A stretch of 63,959 bases of DNA, filler included, from Globobulimina sp. (lineage: Eukaryota): assembly GCA_003354225.1 (NCBI GenBank). It is 26 parts of 26 records of this genome, joined end to end, with 100 filler letters (N's around TTAATTAATTAA, not from the genome) between each part and the next. Parts side by side here need not be neighbours in the genome. Positions count along the whole stretch, not along the records: positions 59,137 to 61,498 come from PIVH01007145.1; positions 61,599 to 63,959 come from PIVH01007146.1; 24 more parts are not named here. One strand, given 5' to 3'. The first letter of the stretch is position 1. Every line of letters begins with the position of its first letter. A program made the position numbers and the translations under genes. The notes beneath the pieces were generated by a model. That model searched no databases. It was not told where the DNA came from and saw only the letters and a list, made by a program, of their open reading frames with translations. Shown piece by piece: positions 59,840-63,959 of this stretch.

Positions 59840-61099
59840 CTAGTGCTGTGTTTGTGTTTGTGTTGTAAGATAATCCATATCCAGCACCTCATCGATAGTT
59901 GGTCTTTCATACGAATTATATCGCAATAATTGTGTTAAAAACACATACAAACTCCATCCAATTATACTGTTTTGTTGCAATTTCAACAAATGTTTCTGTA
60001 GCATTCCATGCCCGGTTGTTGTAGCAAACACTTTCAACATTTCAATTTCAGACATTTTGCAATGTCCAAATATTCGTTCATAATGATGGCCGCCTAAAAC
60101 CACATTTAATATCACCAATCCATATGAATAAATATCGCATTTCTTTGATAATATACTGTAATGAATACCGGTACTTTCACATAACTTAATCTCTGGCGCG
60201 GTCCATGACTTACTGCCAACAAAGCCTTTCTGTTTAACATAGCCTTTCTTCGGATCAATATATCGCGCTAAGCCATAATCGATAATGGTCCATTTCATAT
60301 CCCTCGCATTCCACATTACATTCTCTTTCTTTATGTCTAAATGAGCATATTGTAAATCATGGATTCCCTTAATATTATTTGCTAAATCTTTTGCAATTTG
60401 CTGCACGAAGGCATTGTCATAACCATTATGGTCACGTTTACTGCTCAAGCTATGGGACAGCTTCTTCATTATAATAATGGCTTTGGTGTAATTGCGTTTA
60501 TCATAATATAAATCTGTATAATGCAATAATTTGCCTTGTTTTACCAATTTGAATTCAGTCATTACGGCGTAGACAGCCTCTTGTCGGTCTTGAAAGGATT
60601 CATAAATATCTTCGTTCATAAAATACATAACTTTGGCAACATATTGAATGGCAATGGAGTTGCAATGGGAACCGATGCGAGTTACTTCAAAAACAGATCC
60701 CTGACCACCCCATCCGATCTGTTTTCCTTTGTTCCATTCTTTTTTAAATTCATTGATATGTTTAACTGCATTTATTATTTGTGTTGTTTTGGGCTGGATG
60801 TTATAAATGGCATTCTTTACAAATGCTGCATCCGTGGATGCTCCTGCTCCGCCGCAAAGAAATGTATTTGATTGTTGAATCATCAAAGGTGCGGGATGAG
60901 GATTGTTTTCTTTTTGGCCTTCGTTTGTTTGTGGTGTCGATGAATATCTGTGTCGAAGAAACAATTTAGTTTTGTCGTAGAGTTTCTGAGATGCCAGCAT
61001 GTCTCCCAAAATTTGGAAGATGAACTGAAGAACGGCAACTGTGAATAAAATTAATATAAATGGCACACTGACTTTTAACGTGATGACTGGAGATGTCAA
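59840..61099 (-). CDS. Ser/Thr protein kinase with an upstream hydrophobic segment (true start uncertain)
   Basis: IGWGGQGSV, VAK, HLDIKKEN, DYG, APE, DIYSYG, ERPT; non-RD catalytic loop. Confidence 0.88.
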   Translation of the reverse strand: MTSPVITLKVSVPFILILFTVAVLQFIFQILGDMLASQKLYDKTKLFLRHRYSSTPQTNEGQKENNPHPAPLMIQQSNTFLCGGAGASTDAAFVKNAIYNIQPKTTQIINAVKHINEFKKEWNKGKQIGWGGQGSVFEVTRIGSHCNSIAIQYVAKVMYFMNEDIYESFQDRQEAVYAVMTEFKLVKQGKLLHYTDLYYDKRNYTKAIIIMKKLSHSLSSKRDHNGYDNAFVQQIAKDLANNIKGIHDLQYAHLDIKKENVMWNARDMKWTIIDYGLARYIDPKKGYVKQKGFVGSKSWTAPEIKLCESTGIHYSILSKKCDIYSYGLVILNVVLGGHHYERIFGHCKMSEIEMLKVFATTTGHGMLQKHLLKLQQNSIIGWSLYVFLTQLLRYNSYERPTIDEVLDMDYLTTQTQTQH

Positions 61100-61598
61100 A
61101 CTTATTTGTAACTCATAATAAGTCTCTTGTGACTATGAAAGTCCAAGTACGGGGTGGGTGGTGGTTATCTATCTGAATATAGTTCAAATATTTGCAGAAT
61201 ACTTTCTACCTTAACTCCAAATCATGTCACTTTTTTCTAGAATTTTCCAGCGTGCTGTGCGATTATCTGTACCATCGTCATTTGTAATGTACAGTGCGTT
61301 TGCAGTAAATACATCCGAAAGCAGTATGTTAAATGTTTTGACATCTAAGAGAATATTTGTTATTCGCACTGTTTAATGATGATAAGAAAGAACAAGAAGA
61401 TGAGGAGGAATGTGAGACGCCAATTTGTCATGATGCAGACGAAGCAATTAAGGAATATTCTCAATTTATGAATAAAAATAAAAATAGAAACAGAAATTNN
61501 NNNNNNNNNNNNNNNNNNNNNNNNNNNNNNNNNNNNNNNNNNTTAATTAATTAANNNNNNNNNNNNNNNNNNNNNNNNNNNNNNNNNNNNNNNNNNNN

Positions 61599-63959
61599 AT
61601 GTCTGGAGGGAGACGGATGTTATATGGATAGAGTAGGTTCTCTATACTTATCCAGTTATTGTGTTTGAATCCATTCCATGATTTACATAGCGATTCAATC
61701 ATCCTCTTCCTTTGCCGCGTATAGGCAGTACATTTGAGAATAAAATGGTTTATTGATTCAATTTTGTTACATTGGCACTGGTCACAGTATGGTGATTCTA
61801 CGATATTTCTGTCTGTGTCTTTGAAATTGTGTTTATTTAAAAAATGATTTAGCTCAATATGGCCGGATATGAGGCGAGTAATTATTGGCGCTTCATTTCT
61901 GTTGATTTGTTTTATTTTTTTTTACATTTTATTATGTAATAATGGGTTATTTATGTACATTTGGTAGCTGTCTTGGTGTTTTTGTGTATTCCTTTGTCGC
62001 CAGGATTGGCTCCATCGATGATTTATTTGTTTATGTAGCTGCGTGACTGTAGTATTGTAAGTAATTTCGTTGAAGAGAATTGGATTATATTTTGCATGTT
62101 TAGCTGCAAAATTAGCTAATTCATCGACTTTATCATTAAATATATTGTTATTATGCGATTTAATTTTTATGAAAGTTACATGTGTATTTGGTTTAATTTG
62201 GTGTATTTGTTGGAGTTTGATGAAGATATTTTCAATTAATAGTTTGGTGTCATTGTATTTTGGGAAGTTGGCGCCTTCAATGAATTGTAATAACGGTAGG
62301 TTATCTACGTATATTTTATAAGTAATTTGTACATTTATTTGGTTATTTATTATGTAGTTTAGCAACATATGTACGGCTTCTGTCTCCGCCGTCGTTATCG
62401 TTACCGGTATCTTGAAGTAATACACTTCTTTGTGGCAATTTGGGTGGGCCGGTTGTTCTGGAATGAATATTGCTGCTCCGCCCCTTCCAGGGTTTGGGTC
62501 GCATGAACCGTCTGTGAATGCAATTATTATTTTATCATTTTGAGGATTTGATGGGTTTTCTGTTTGTGTGGATACATTAAAATTAGTTGGGATGGTGGCG
62601 AGGTTGTACGTTGGCGATGCTGTTATCTGTGATTTCCTCATTCGGTCGAAATTCGTTGATAGGGCTTTAATGGAATGGTCATTTTGGCAGAAGTTGGTTG
62701 CTATTATCAATGGGTTTTTCTGTAAGTTAATGAATTTATTATTATTATTTTTCCTGTTATTTCTGCGGTATTTATGGGTTTGGATTATGTTTATATACTT
62801 CGTTAATGATTGGTATGTTCTATTTAGTGGATGGTACGAGTCATTGTAGTATGTTCTGGCTAATTGGCGTAGTGTTAGGTAGTGGGCTCTTTCATGGATT
62901 GGTTCTATTTTTAGGAGGAAGCGGCTAATATCCATTGGTGAATCTAGGCGGCACGGTATGGCTAATCGGAGGAATTTGTTTTGTAGTTTGTTCAATTCAT
63001 TCTTTGTATCGTATGGGTAATAGTTTGTTAATCCGTATTCCATTCTAGATCTCGCGAGGGATTTATATAACATTGATATGGATAATGGCGTTAATTTTAG
63101 TCCAGCTTTCATTGCAAAGTAGATTCTCCAATAACAGCGGATCGTTTTTGTACGGACTTTTTCTAGATGCGTATTGAAGTTTAGTTTTTCGTCGAACCAT
63201 AGGCCCAGATAACGCACAGATTTTTCATATTTAATTGGGATTGAATGGATTTTATATTTGCTTATTGTTTCCATTTTATTTGATTTCGGATTTATTATAT
63301 TGGACGATTTAGGATGGAATTTTAGGGGGTTGCTATGGGAGAAGTTTATGGATGAACATTTGGATGGATTTATCATTAGTTGCCATCTGTCACACCAATT
63401 ACTAAAATTACTTAATTCATTTTGTAGGAATTTGTATCGGAGGGGATCTTTGGATCCGGGGCTGGTCCAAAATGCTGTATCGTCTGCGAAGCAGGCAAAG
63501 TGGACAAATTTTGGATTTTGTAGGTTATAGTCATTGGTAAACAGTATATAGAGGATGGGGGACAGTGCCGATCCCTGAGGTACGCCAATCGGTTGTGCCA
63601 CCCAATTTGACTCTACTTTCTTAGTTATAACTTTTGTGTATCTTGTTTGGATAAATGAGGCAAGAACGTTTAGTATATTGCCTGTAATATTATTTTGTAT
63701 TAATTTATATAGAAGTCCATTATGCCAGACACTGTCATATGCTTTGGAGAAGTCCGTGAAGACAACATCCGTATCCCTGACCATATCAAACGAAGTTTGT
63801 ATGTCGGCAATAAATGTTGTCAGGACATCGTCACAGCATCTATTTATCTGAAAGCCGCACTGGTAATTATTAAATATTCTATTTGAGACACAAAAATGTT
63901 GAAGTCTGTTTGCTAAGACTTTCTCAAAAACCCTTCCAAGGCACGACGAGATGGCAATG
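61599..63959 (-). mobile_element. Non-LTR retrotransposon (LINE) ORF2 fragment: RT + RNase H + CCHC finger, one premature stop
   Basis: QCGF, DFSKAYDSV, GVPQGSALSP, FADD, YLG. RNase H: FTDGS, AETEA, YVDN, KSH, NDKVDELA. After the in-frame TAA at 61922-61924: TRLISGH and CDQC....ESINHFILKC. Confidence 0.93.

Noticed and set aside
2366-61598. Regularly spaced TTAATTAATTAA motif as a biological repeat array or CRISPR
   Set aside because: It is embedded in N runs at fixed spacing between length-sorted contigs, so it is a concatenation linker. ORFs ending in XXXX-LIN are artefacts.
57248-62000. Stop-codon reassignment suggested by in-frame TAA/TGA in the SH2 gene, LINE and Rh fragment
   Set aside because: Conserved genes (ALDH, RPA1, ABCA, 14-3-3) have no internal stops once spliced, and complete genes end normally in TAA, TGA or TAG. 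Pseudogenisation is simpler.
1-63959. rRNA, tRNA, CRISPR arrays or prokaryotic operons
   Set aside because: None recognised by eye. The bacterial-like PhnA, PQQ and 5'-3' exonuclease genes carry spliceosomal introns, so they are not bacterial contamination. A covariance-model scan was not possible.

Overview
This window is not one locus. It is 26 unrelated contigs of 2361-2365 bp, sorted by decreasing length and joined by an artificial 100-nt spacer (N44-TTAATTAATTAA-N44), so neighbourhoods mean something only within a contig. The DNA is AT-rich, gene-dense and eukaryotic, with short GT-AG introns (mostly 53-70 nt) that I spliced by hand to restore reading frames. The gene content (membrane-anchored RGS, ADP-ribosyltransferase-like, BTB, STAT-like SH2, orphan 7TM, H+-PPase) suggests a protist, plausibly a foraminiferan/rhizarian; this is inference only. 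Recognisable genes: 14-3-3, Rac GTPase, RNA pol I largest subunit, ALDH3, ABCA, ABCC-type TMD0, MATE, SLC38-like and Rh transporters, FolC C-terminus, a 5'-3' exonuclease, an AspH-like hydroxylase, a VEFS-box (SUZ12-like) protein, an ADAM protease, a tandem AAA ATPase, a kinase and a LINE with RT and RNase H. Most interesting: (1) a DH-PH RhoGEF ending in a complete WH2-central-acidic (WCA) Arp2/3-activation module; (2) a PH / PBZ-like / ART / SAM fusion; (3) an intron-containing phosphonoacetate hydrolase homologue with eroded metal ligands; (4) an Orai-like channel hidden by an intron; (5) a membrane-anchored PQQ-type dehydrogenase; (6) a diverged ~950-bp foldback with an adjacent ~200-bp hairpin. 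All domain calls come from motif recognition by eye, not from database searches.
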